Assembly (NCBI RefSeq): GCF_009914755.1
Contig: NC_060933.1
Length of the DNA: 64,000 nt
Source of the DNA: the human T2T-CHM13v2.0 reference genome, Homo sapiens
Direction: 5' to 3' (one strand)
Every line of letters starts with the position of its first letter. Position 1 is the stretch's first letter. Position numbers and translations under genes: made by a program. The notes beneath the pieces are model-generated. The model was given only the letters and a program-made list of their open reading frames with translations, was not told where the DNA came from and searched no databases. Shown in pieces: positions 42,121-53,949 of this stretch.

Positions 42121-42890
42121 ACCAGAGTTAACCTGTCTGTGTACATCTTTAGCAGGAAGTATCCTAAGGACAAAAAAAAAAAAGAAAAAAAGGCTGCAAA
42201 AAGAAAATCTTGAACTATTTTTTAGGATGATATTGTGACCAATAATGTTGACATTGTTATTCTAAAAGTATTATGCATATAATTTATGATATATATTTAA
42301 TGCACTATAATACAATAAAGCAATAGTACTTTAATTACTGTCATTAGGACCTAAGACTTTTAGCATAGGACAAAAAGAGATATAATTATAAAATCAAAGA
42401 AGTTAAATAAAGCCTCTGTAAGTTGCCATTTGAACTGGAAATATCAGTTGTATTCATGACATATAGCTTTGTACACTGAAAAGACAAAAATAATAACCAA
42501 TCTAGTAGCAAGAGACACTATCAGTACCCAAATTATGTTCTCTAAATATCTTTTCTTCCTAGAGGAGCCAGGGCTGCTTGGAGAAATAACTGATTTCAGC
42601 TCTATGACAAGAAATGTACAAAATGTGCTGGCAACACTTTATCATACCAGGAAGTAAAGAAGCTCTCAGAAACTATTGGGGCCATGAAAGACTAAGAGGT
42701 CAATGTAAAGTGATTACCACTGGACCAAGATGAAGCAATTTGAGCATCTATAGGAATAATACATGTAAAAATAGAAATACATCAAAAGTGAAAAATCAGT
42801 GACACTACAATGATGTTTAAAGAGAAAAAAAGTCATTGGTAACTTTTGGAGTATGCTAAAAAACAACTTTTCATTTTTCTGAAAACAGGT

Positions 42891-43251
42891 TGATATGGTT
42901 TTGCTGTGTCCCCACCCAAATCTCATCTTGAATTCCCACATTTTGTGGGAGGGACCGGTCATAGGTGATTGAATTATGGGGAAAGGTCTTTCTTGCCCTG
43001 TTCCCGTGATAGTGAATAAGTCTTATGAGATCTGATGGCTGTATAAGGTGGAGTTTCCTTGCACAAGCTTTTTTTCACCTGCTGCCATCCACGTAAGATC
43101 GTAAGATGTGACTTGCTCCTCTTTGCCTTCTGCCATAATTATGAGGCCTCCCCAGCCATGTGGAACTGTAAGTCCAATTAAATCTCTTTCTTTTGTAAAT
43201 GGCCTAGTCTTGGGTATGTCTTTGTCAGTTGCATGAAAATAAACTAATACA
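42891..43251 (+). mobile_element. THE1 (A/B-like) solo LTR
   Basis: tgatatggtt...ctaataca with 5-bp TSD caggt/ctggt. Confidence 0.93.
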
Positions 43252-43852
43252 CTGGTAAATAGAGAATCAAGAATTCCACCTGCTTTTCTATACAATCTCA
43301 GGTTAACCAAATATTTGATGAAGGAAAGCTTATTTTTATAAAAGTATCCCAAGTAACACATGAAGGCGAAAAGAATTAGAAGATCACCATTTTTCAAGCC
43401 CCTAATAAAACGGTGGATCTAGGTAATGATAATTAATAACTCCTAACATCACAAAAAGAGAGAAAAGTGGACACTATGGTCTCTTGTTGGAATTACGAAA
43501 CACCATCTGTGAAGGTTTTTTAAACTAAAACATTGACCTAAGTCAGATCCAGTTCTGGGTATAATTATTAGATTATGAGATATACAGGTGCAGAAGGACA
43601 TATTAAATATTACCATAGGGTCACAATCAACAAAATCCAGAATGTAAAAAAAATGCTATGGGACAGCCCCAGTGACTTGATTTCTTCAACTATTTGATTA
43701 AAAAAAAAAAAAGAGGGAGAAGCTTTAGATTAAAATAGACCTAAGAAACTATAAAAATGGATCCTGATTTGAAAAAAAAGTTAAAAAATATAATAAAAAC
43801 AAATTTATTAAAAATTAGGAATAGTTGACACTGCCTGGATATTTGACAATAT

Positions 43853-43915
43853 TAAATATTTGACACTGCCTGGATATTTGATGATACTAAATATCCAGGC
43901 AGTGTCAAATATTTA
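43853..43915. repeat. Perfect inverted repeat: 27-bp stem, 9-nt loop
   Basis: taaatatttgacactgcctggatattt (43853-43879) is the exact reverse complement of 43889-43915. Confidence 0.97.
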
Positions 43916-45234
43916 TGGGGATTAATATAAATGTTTATGGGAATTAATGACAGTATTATGGTTATGTTCTTTCAAAAATTCTTATTTTTAGGGGTACTTA
44001 CTGAACTAATGAAACAATAAGATGTCTGGGATGGTTCAAAATAATCGAGACATTTGGAGATTGGAGTTACTGGGGAGGATTGACAAAGCAAGATTGGGCC
44101 TGAATTGATAATTATTGATGATGGGAGATGGGTTTGTGGGGATTCATTCTATTTCTTTGTACTATGTATTTGAACTATTACATAATATGGTATTTAAAAA
44201 TGTGTTCCAATCTGTGGGATTACTAAATTCTACATGTGCATAGTTCTTAAATATTTTTAAGTTTATCCAGTTATTTAAATATATTTTCACAAATCCTTTT
44301 ACATGTAATGGGTATGAGTCTTGGTCTATAAACTCCGACGTGTAAGGGAAAGCAGTTTTTCAAAACTTTTCTGAAATTGAACCTAGTTTATATTTAAAAG
44401 CTCCATTTCCCCAATAGTAGAGATATGCAGAAACTTAATCTCAGTCCGTTGAGGATTACCACCCTTTTCCTGAGGTGCATCCAAGTTCAGGGGAGTTGCC
44501 ATGTTGCTCTCCTCTGGGATTAGGAGGCATCTGGTCTTCAGTGTCATCTGTCCATGCTGACATCTGTTGAAACATCCATCATGCCATATGATCCATGATC
44601 TTTAGTGCACAGGGATCACCAAAGTTATCCCTTTTTTCAGTACTTAAGCCTTCTTCACTTCTGACTTTTCCAGCTGATAATTGTGTCTCCCTCTTGGGTG
44701 CAAGTGAATCATTCTGCCCACATGAGGCTGTGGTATGGAAAATTTCTGTCAGGCTCTCCAAGCCCTATCTTCCTGAATGCACAGCACAGTCATTATTTTA
44801 GGTGGGGGTTGGTCCTCCCAGGGACTCTTGCTTATAAAGGAAGCACAAGTCTCCTCTGCTCCTGCATTTCACAAACACACCTAGGGGTCCATATCATCCT
44901 TTTCCCGACTGGGCTTCAGCCCCACACAGGGTCAGTGAAGTCAGCCAGCGGGACATATTTTAGGCGACTGCCGATATATTATACCTACCTGTACCTCCAA
45001 ATGTCCTTATTCCCAGCTGCAGAAACTCTGTTCTAGTCTCAGAGACAGGAAGTCTTGTTCAGATTCATAATTGTACTCATCCTGAATTATTTCTATTTCC
45101 CCAAGAAGAAGGCATTAGAAACCCAAAAGCCAGGAAGAGATTCTTCTTTTATCTTCTTGCTCCTAACAATCGCCTTTCAATGGGAATGAATGAACTGCCC
45201 ACATGAGGAGCAAAGGTGAGGACAATAACACTAA

Positions 45235-45463
45235 AATATTTGAACAAACAAACACTATGTGGCAAGCACTATTCTAAATGCTTTGCATATATTAACTTGC
45301 CTGATCCTCATGACAACCCTATGAAGTGGGTACAATTATCTTCATGTTAGAGATCGTGAAACTGAGGTTTCAATTACTTGTTCACGATTAGACAGCTAGT
45401 AAGTGCTAGAACTAGAATTCCAATCCGGACAGTCTGCCTCTAGATCGGTGCTCTCTAAACCAT
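45235..45463 (-). mobile_element. MIR
   Basis: 'atcctcatgacaaccctatgaagtggg...gaaactgagg...cagctagtaagtg'. Confidence 0.85.
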
Positions 45464-47029
45464 GAAGAGACACGTAGATTAAAGATTGAATCCATTGGAA
45501 GGCTCTAGTCCAACTCTTATTTGCATGTTTCATTTTTTAAATCATCAGAAGTATAAAACTGGCTGCTTCATTAAATTTTTTTTTAATTTTTACTGCTTTA
45601 TCCATATGAAGCAGAGAGAATGTGAAAGAAAAAAGAACAAGCAGTATTTACTGAAGTCTCATAGGTATGCCTCACTGTAGCACTGGAATTTAACATTATT
45701 ACATTTCCATTTTTTACAGATGATGATGCTGACCTTTAGTGTAGCTAATGCTCTGGTGGACCCACTGTGAAAAAGTGGAAGGGCTGTGATAGAAACCAAA
45801 GGCCATTGGATCAACCAAGGTTAAGCTTATTCCCCTGCCACACAAGAGAGCTTAACTACCTTTTGACCTGAAATTAAGGGGGACAGTTGCAGGTCCCTAC
45901 AAATATCTGGTCCTGCCAGGGGAAAGGAGATGCAGGCTTTGGGCCTGTCAGGCCGCTATGTTTTCACCAGCTGTGACTCTGCTTGCCTTTACACAGCATT
46001 AATGAAAAGACTAGAGCAGTAACAGATGGAACACACTCGAACTTTCCAATCAGGGTTCTTCGATCCCCTTTGGTTCCTCTCTGCTCCGTGCATCATCTGC
46101 ATGAAAAAGCCCAGTGGATCTTTTTCAGCTGCTTCCCGTCAGCCCATGTAATGTCCTTTCTGACACTCCTCTGGGAGAGCCCCGTGTTGTGCAAGAACAG
46201 ACAGGAGGGTGCAAATAATTAGAACTTAGATTGTCAACCCACACAGTCTTCGAAGTCAGTCACACAGAAAATGCATTGGGTTGACATATGATGCACAGTG
46301 CTGTTTTATGGAAATAAATGGTCTAAACTGCTTAGTTTTGGTAAAAGTTGATAGTGTATTTTATGTGTCCCAATCACTCATTTTTATGGGAACTGAGGCA
46401 ATAACATTGATTAAGATGAATTCTTCGGAGCCAGTGTCAGTTAACTCTGGTTGTGCACAGGGTATCATTCATTTAACTTTTCCTTTTCCTCTCTTCCCCT
46501 GACCAGGCATCATATGTGATATATATAATTTTAAAAGTCATTTGTAGATGTTTAGAAATAAAAATGCTCAGGTTTGTAAGCATAATAATCTCCACGAGTA
46601 AGAAATTGTCATTTAGACGTAACTGTACATTACAAACTTGTTATGGGAATCCTAAATTAATGTACAGAAAACAAACACACCCAGACACATACACCTTGAT
46701 GGAGGTTAAACTACTCTCCTCCCCTTCCTGTCATAATAGCTTAGCATAATGATAGTGCTGTCATTATAAATATTTGGAAGCTTCTGCATCTTGATAATTG
46801 ATGGATTCTGAATGTTGGAGAACTCAGAGAATAATTTTTAAATCAGCACCAGCAATATATTCAAAGTGTTTCCCTGGATTTTCAGAATGAAAACCAGAAC
46901 CAGCCTCTATTTCTTAAGAAATGATTGGAAAGAGAGAGAGAGCTAGAGAAAGAGAGACACAAATACACCCAGCCCTCTGTTATTTCCTAGGTCTTCCTTC
47001 GGTAAATTGAAAACGGTACCTCCCCTCTG

Positions 47030-47360
47030 TGAGTCTGCCGCCCTCCAGATGCTTGGCCCGGATGCCATACACCTGCTCAGTGTCAGCCAGAACCCACCAG
47101 AGCATATGGCAGCTCACATATTGCCTTGTCTCGGGATGGATTGGGAACGCTGGTCACCTGGGCTCTATTTTCAAGTGGTGTGACAGCAGCTGTGGGAAGC
47201 CCAGAGAATGACAGGCTCTCACTGCTCTTCTTACTAGTGGGAAAGGAGCACGAGAGGAACAGAAGGGAGATGTTTTCATATACCCAGTAGCTACGACTTG
47301 ACTCTCCTGTAAAAGAACACACCGCTTGCTGTCTTCACCCACAGTGAGCAGGTGCAATAG
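47030..47360. promoter_or_regulatory. Candidate enhancer (E-box/TALE motif cluster)
   Basis: Seven CANNTG in about 310 bp of apparently unique, higher-GC sequence, plus two TGACAG. Motif evidence only. Confidence 0.3.
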
Positions 47361-47399
47361 AAGGGAAATTCTGATTTTTTTTTTATTTAAAATTGCAAC

Positions 47400-48278
47400 T
47401 GTGGTAGGCACAATTATGGCCCCTGAAGATGTTCATGTCCTAATCCCTGGAACCTGTGAATATGTTACCTTACATGGCAAAAGGGAATTAGGTAGCAGAT
47501 ATAATTCAAGTTGCTTATCATCTGACCTTAAAAGAGGGACATTATCCTGGATAACCTGGGTGGGCCCAGTAGAATCATGAGGGTCCTTAAATGTAGAAAG
47601 GAAGGTAGGAGAAGAGGTCAGAGTGATGCTATGTGAGAGGAAGTCCACCTGCTGTTGTTGGCTTTGAAGATAGAGGTAGAGCGTCACAAGCCAAGGGATA
47701 TGGCTCTGTGTCTCTACGTAAATCTCATGTTGAACTGTAGTCCCCACATGTTGAAGGAGCGGGTCTGGTGGGAAGTGATTGAATCATGGGGGCAGACTTA
47801 CCCCTTGTTTTTCTCGTGATGGAGTTCTTACAAGATCTGGTTGTTTAAAAGTGTGTAGCAATTTCCGCTTCGTTCTCTCTCTCCTGCTCTGCCATGGTAA
47901 GACGTGCTTGCTTCCCCTTTGCCTTCCCGCCATGATTTTAAGTTTCCTGAGGCCTCCCAGCCATGCTTCCTGTACAGCCTGCAGAACTGTGAGTCAATTA
48001 AACCTCTTTCCTTCAGAAATTACTCAGTCTCAGGTAGTTCTTTATAGCAGAATTGACTAACACACCAAGCAATGCAGCAGCCTCTCAAAGCTGAAAAGGG
48101 TAAGAAGTGGATTCTTCCTCCAGAACCCCAGAAAGGGACATAGCCCTGTGACACCTTGATTTTAGCTCAGTGAGACCCATTTGGAACTTCTGAATACAGA
48201 AACTAAGAAAATCACTGTGCGTTGTTTTGTGCCAGTAAGTGTGTGGTAATTTTTCATGGCAGCAGTAAGAGACTAATA
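47400..48278 (+). mobile_element. MLT1D LTR split by an MST LTR
   Basis: 'tgtggtaggca.aattatggcccc..aagatgt.catgtcctaatccctggaacctgtgaatatgttaccttacatggcaaaaggga'. Confidence 0.88.
47696..48064 (+). mobile_element. MSTA/B solo LTR
   Basis: 'aaatctcatgttgaactgt...cagcctgcagaactgtgagtcaattaaacctc'. TSD ccaag at 47691-47695 and 48065-48069. Confidence 0.92.
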
Positions 48279-48298
48279 AGTGGAGTTATGGTGTGAAC

Positions 48299-48470
48299 CT
48301 GTGGTTCTCAACATTGGAGTGTACTAGAATCAGCTGGGGAGCTTTTAAAAATTCTCAGCTGGAGCACACCCCAGGCAATCATGTGAGAATCTCTGGGTGT
48401 GAGACCCAGGAATCAGAAATTTATCAACTCCCACGTGATTCCAATGTGCTACCAAAGTTGAGAAGCAATG
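48299..48470. mobile_element. MER5 (hAT-Charlie) MITE
   Basis: Terminal inverted repeats 'gtggttctcaa' and 'ttgagaagcaatg'; internal 'agaatcagctggggagctt', 'gaatctctggg'. Confidence 0.85.
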
Positions 48471-50571
48471 ATTTAGTGGATGGAACCTCCACAGTGTTTG
48501 GAGTCAAGAAAGTTGGGTTCAAACACTATTTCTATCATTTCAAGGTTAAGCTCAATTCAGTTGGCCTGCATATTAAATGTGCATGCACATCTGTATATTT
48601 ATATCTATAAAATATTAATATATGTATATATACATCAAAAACTCCTGCAAAGTGAGCAGTTATATGTCAGTGAAGTTTTACATGTAGAGTCCAGCACATG
48701 GTAAATGCATGTAATGGAAGTTATTTTGCTAAAACTGAGTAGTTGAAAGCTACTGAAGAGATTTTTAAAATCTTCCTCTAGTAACATAAACAAAAAATGC
48801 TTAGTTTCCTATTGTATGTTTTTCTGGGCCCATGTGTCTCAAAGTATGTTCTAATTTGAGATCCATCTTTAGATTTATGTCAGATCACTGGCATGTTGAG
48901 GAAAGCAAGATGGTTTTATGAAATTTTTTTGTTTTTGACCATGAGCATACTAAACCAGTCCTTCTTATTTGAGGTTTTATGCACTTCACTGCTAACTTTC
49001 AGGCTCAGATTGTAGGCCGTGTCCTCAGGCAATTTCCTTAACTTTGCCTTCAGCCTTCATTTCCTTGTTAGTAAAAGAGGGACCACAATTCTCTTTCCCA
49101 TCCGTAAGTGTTACGGGATTTGAGAGAGCAAGCGTAAAATATCTAGCACAATGCCTGGCCTGCAGTCATGACTTGACAAATGCTATTTTTGTAGTAATAT
49201 GGGTCAAGTCCAAATCCAACTAATGGAATGGAAGAATAAAGTGGAAAGTCAGTGGTTGTGAAAATAGAAGAGAGGGAGTTGCTCAGGGCTTTGGTTTGGC
49301 CAGATGTCCATGGTTTTACAGGTTTCCAGCAGGTGTATAGCTTGAGCACAGCTGTGTGCAGGAGCTCTGGCCTGCTGAACACCAGATACTGGGCCACGCC
49401 TTTGGAAACACAGAGACATGGGAAAGCTGGTTGGCTTCACGGACATTTAAGAGTGCAACAGGCCACTTGCTGCCCAAATAATGCAAGTGTTTTCAGTTAT
49501 GCCTCCTCACTCAGTTGTTAAGCCCTTGAGGGCAGAGGCTTTGGTTCATGGTTCTTTGTCATCTAATTTCCTTGCTCAATTCTGGGCACAGTGTAAATGC
49601 ACAATAGAATCTTGCTGTTTCATTAGCCCATAAGAGTCACATAAAAATGATTAAGAGAAATGTAACACATTCTATCTTCCTTTCCATTTCAATAAGTTGA
49701 AAGTAGCACAGTTCTTGAAACCAGGGGCGTAGGGTTGCAGTTCAGACCACAGAATTAGTACATGGGTGAGCCCTTTCTCTGTGTGATCTTGGCTAAGTCA
49801 CTGGCCTTTCATCTGTCTAATGGTGTTGGAGTGATAGCAGCATTCTATCTTCAGTGCCTCTCTTACAGGGTTAGTACCTGAAACAAGTAATATGAGGGTG
49901 AAGGATTTCCATAAATTTGAAATAAAGTAATAGTTTTGGTTTCAAAAGAGGTAAAGCTCACATCTGATTGGGGAGATAACGGGTGAATTTTTGAAGAAGC
50001 CATTTAAGGGTAACACCTAAATAAATTTTCTTTTTTACGTTATTCAGGATTCAGAGTCTCCTGTTTTCCAAATGCAACTGGTAGAAACATGTTAATAGTG
50101 AAAACGGATTGGATAGGCCATGGGCTATAAACCACTCAGACCTAGGCTCAAATCCCAACATATGCACTTAACGTATGTGGAATCTCAGTCAAGATAAAAC
50201 TTCTCTGACCCTTAGCATCGTTTTCTTCAAATGGAAGTGATGCTTTTGAAATGGTAGGGCTGGCCATTATGAACGTTCACTGCATGCCTCCGATTGTGCC
50301 TGTATCATGTTATGTGAAAAACTTCAGTTTTCTCTTCATGGGGGTTTCTCAAGAAGCCCAGTTGTTTACAGGATAGATTATAGTTGTGTGGATAGATTAT
50401 AGTTGGAGGTCTTCCCCTGCTAAAAGATAATAATCATTTATTTAGGTTATAATTTTTAAAGACATTTATTATTATTTGTATGTTTATATATTAAATACAT
50501 AATTATGTTTATTTTAAAGTATATGTTAAATGTATCATATATACATAGATATACTATATATGTACATATAT

Positions 50572-50572
50572 T

Positions 50573-50603
<31 letters not shown>

Positions 50604-50607
50604 CACA
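50572..50607. repeat. Compound (CA)n(TA)n microsatellite
   Basis: Read directly. Confidence 0.9.
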
Positions 50608-50949
50608 TTCCTGTAGTAAAAAATTAATACTAATGAAACAAAAGTTATCTCAGTCCCCTTTTTAGAGGTAGATTTTCTTTCTTAAACATCAGTTTTTATC
50701 AGAAAAATATAAGGCGAAATTATTGTTGTATCTGATTTCAAGGATCAGACAGCTGGAATCTGTTCCCTTGAGAGTGTCAAATCTAACACTATCCTCAGGA
50801 GGCTCTAGAGAACAGTACTTAGCAAACCTAGTGATTTGTGGGTTGGTGATCTCTTCCAGGATGCTAATTGGGGCCAGATCAGCTGTTTCCAGGCACTCCT
50901 AAAATGCCCTCTCTATTTACTCTGCCCTTTACCCCTGCCAAGAACACAC

Positions 50950-51140
50950 CACTGTGGCACAGTGTAGAGGAAAGAACATGGGAATCGGGAGACAGCAGTG
51001 CTGAAAGCCTGGTGGGGAACACAGGCAGGTTATGGAAACTCTGCTTCTCAGTGTCCTCATCTGTGAAATGGGAATTGTTTGTTACAACTGTGTCCCAGGA
51101 TTGCTATGAACATTAAATAGCATCATGCTTTCAAATCTCG
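50950..51140 (+). mobile_element. MIR
   Basis: 'cttctcagtgtcctcatctgtgaaatggga'. Confidence 0.7.
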
Positions 51141-53149
51141 AAATATTTATAAAATATGAAACATTCTGGTGACACACACGATAAAGAATGGAAGAAAATT
51201 TGGAAGAGAAAAGAACAGAAAGCCATAATAAATTTGATTGCATATTACTCCTAATAGTACTCTTAATGTCATAAAACCCCATTGGTTTCATCTTCAGTAT
51301 TGTACTGTATCTACTCACACTACAGTTTATAGCTCTGGAATGGTTTGTAACAAAGACCTTCATTCAACAAAATTTATCAAGCACCTACTAAGTGCCAGCC
51401 TTGACCATGCAAGTGAACAAAATGACTTGCCCTCGTGGTGCTTTTATGGCTTTAGGAAATCCCAGGATGTCAGCCCAAGAGAGTTCTCTGACATGCACCT
51501 ACTATAGTGAGGTCCCGGGTCTTGCATTCTTCATCTTCCACCTAATATAATTCTGGGTCCCAGATCCCTCAAAAACCCACCACTTGGCTTTAGTCCAGGA
51601 CAGGAATTTGGAGTTTTGAGCTAGGCTAATGTTTGATGCTCAGAAGTTGGACAGGAACATGTGCTCTGTGCCAGCCATGCTTTTTGAGAACTGGTGTCTG
51701 GGTTTAATTTCTACTGTCTGTCAGAGAGAAGCTTTGATCAGACTCTGCATTTTTTCACTTCAACTAAGTGACTAGAGGCTACTACTTGCCCATTTCTACC
51801 GCCTCTGTGTGAGCTCTGGTTTGGCAGGAATCTCAGAGATTTATTTCCATGAATTCCCTGGAATTGCCCTGCCCATCATTTCTCTCTCCTTTCCAGTCTC
51901 AGCACAGTTAGTGCTGGAGGTTGAGTGAGGGAGCCAGTGTGTGTCCAGGAAGGTATGGGATGAGAAATGGGGAGGGAGACCCACACATATTGCAGAAGGA
52001 AGTGCAGCAGGAATAAGTGACTGCAGCTGGGTCTTAATGGCTTTTCTTCTCTGCCGTCATTTTCCTTTAAGCCCAAAAGAAACTCTTTGTAATACGTGTT
52101 AAAATTATGGTTCAGATTTCTGATGATCAAGTTACATAGATTAAAGTAATGGATACCAGACTCTGCATCAATTCAGGTATAAATATGGATGAAATGAATG
52201 TACATTATCCACTGTTATAAATCTACATGTTCAAGGAAAGACATAAATCTCCTGAACCTTTCCTACCTCAGGCTATGAAGGTGTTGTTTTTTTTTTTCCC
52301 AGTGTTTTCGATGAAATTATAATTTGGAGTAATTTGCTGGTTTTGCAGAAACTTCTAGCTTTTTTTTTTTTTACAAGAAAGGGTAGAGTATATTATTTAC
52401 AATGGTGAGTCATTAAAATGCTCCAGGAAGTCATTGTTGCAGAGGGGGTTGGAGAGGGAAGGGGTTATGCGGCATTCCAGATGTGCATGTGTGGAGAGCG
52501 GTGGTGCATTTGGAGAAATTTATAGCACCTGGTTCCATTGTAAAGGGTCTTGGCCTGGGGGCATTTCTCTTCTCTTCCCCTCCCTTCAGCCCTATCACCA
52601 CTGTACACACAGGGGCTCAAAGGTGGCAGTGCCTGATGGGCACAGGGCCACAGGACGTTGTGGTCTGGCAGGAAAGAGGGACTTTTCATTCCGTCTAAGC
52701 CACAAAGCTGATGAAAGTGTCTGCTCTCCTTGCAGCCTGGGGCCCCCTCACATGAGCAAGAGCAAGTCTCATAGTGAAAGAGAAAAAACAGAGCCAAGCA
52801 CTCTGCAGAAAGAAGTGCATACTCCAGCTCTGCTGTGCAATAACTGCATGTTTGGGTACCTCTTATCTCTTTGGTTTTCAAAATCTGTAGAATGGAGATA
52901 ATAGTATGCATTCCATAAGGTTGGTGTGAGGAATAAAGGAAATTATAGGTGTGAAGACACCTAGCACAACTCCTTTACCTTCCTGCTGAAACTCCCCACT
53001 TGTAGGGATGAAAGACTCTTGGCCGCCATTGTTCCAAATTGCATCATAAATTCTCAACCATTTTCTCATCTTTTATGGCTCTTAAATCCCCTTAGCTAAG
53101 TCTACTGCTCCATCTACATGGAGGTTCAGCTATTTCTAAAGTCCTGAGT

Positions 53150-53505
53150 TATAAATGAAGAACTCACCAAGGAGACCCAGGCTCTTTCCATAAGATTGCT
53201 CCACTCTCCCTCCTCTGTGGCATCCACATCATAAGCTCGCAGCCACCTTGCCCTCATTCCAGCCAGCAGAAGGGAAAAGGTGAAAAGCAGGGCATGCCCT
53301 TGCCCTTTAAGGACTAACCTGGAAATGACCTGCTTCACTTTCTGTTACTTTCCACTGGCCTGAATTTAGTCACAGGGCTATACCTAATCATGAAGGGGGT
53401 TAGGGAAAGTATTCTTTACTTGAGTTAGCTATGGACCTAGCTACATTCACTTACCATGGAAGAAAGGGAGATGGATACTGGGGGACAATTAGCGTTCTCT
53501 TCCAG
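53150..53505 (-). mobile_element. MLT1 (J/K-like) LTR
   Basis: 'gacccaggctctttcc', 'ccactggcctgaatttagtcac', 'ggatactgggggacaattagc'. Confidence 0.7.
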
Positions 53506-53949
53506 AGGAGGTCACAGGATTTGTGCCAGAAACTCAAGTAGAGCCATATGCTGGAAGAGAGAGATTTTAGGCTCTGTAGGGGTTGAGAATGGATGACTGT
53601 AATCCCATGAATCATGAAATGTATCTGTTTAATAATCAGATTAATCAGGATGTAGCCGTGTGGCTTGCTTTGTTAATGTGCTAATTCCAGGGACTACAGT
53701 AACTGGGCCCGTCCTATTATGGGTCAAATAAAATTTACCTTCCTGTGTAGCCACAGACAGTCATCTCATGCCTACCCGATGTGCTTTTTACCTCTGTACC
53801 CCCAGTGCATTTCCCACAGCCTGCCACACAGATTTTCATTCAACAGTTGTTGAATGAATGGATGAGTTAATGTGAGAGTAAATAAAAGGACAAGCAATGA
53901 CTGGGCAACAGGATGTGGGGATGTCAGTGGGTACTTTCATAAATAGAAC

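Larger units (their letters stand above)
42200..44200 (+). mobile_element. L1MC-type 3' end fragments, split by a THE1 LTR
   Basis: 'cactg.ctggatatttgatgata', 'gatgtctgggat..ttcaaaataat', 'ggggattcatt' are old L1 3'UTR motifs. Confidence 0.65.

Noticed and set aside
43825-43915. CRISPR-like repeat-spacer appearance
   Set aside because: Only two direct copies and one inverted copy, in eukaryotic L1-derived DNA with no cas genes.
52434-52911. Overlapping 155-aa and 148-aa ORFs
   Set aside because: No homology I recognise; they end in MIR-like sequence and are consistent with chance ORFs in a GC-richer patch.
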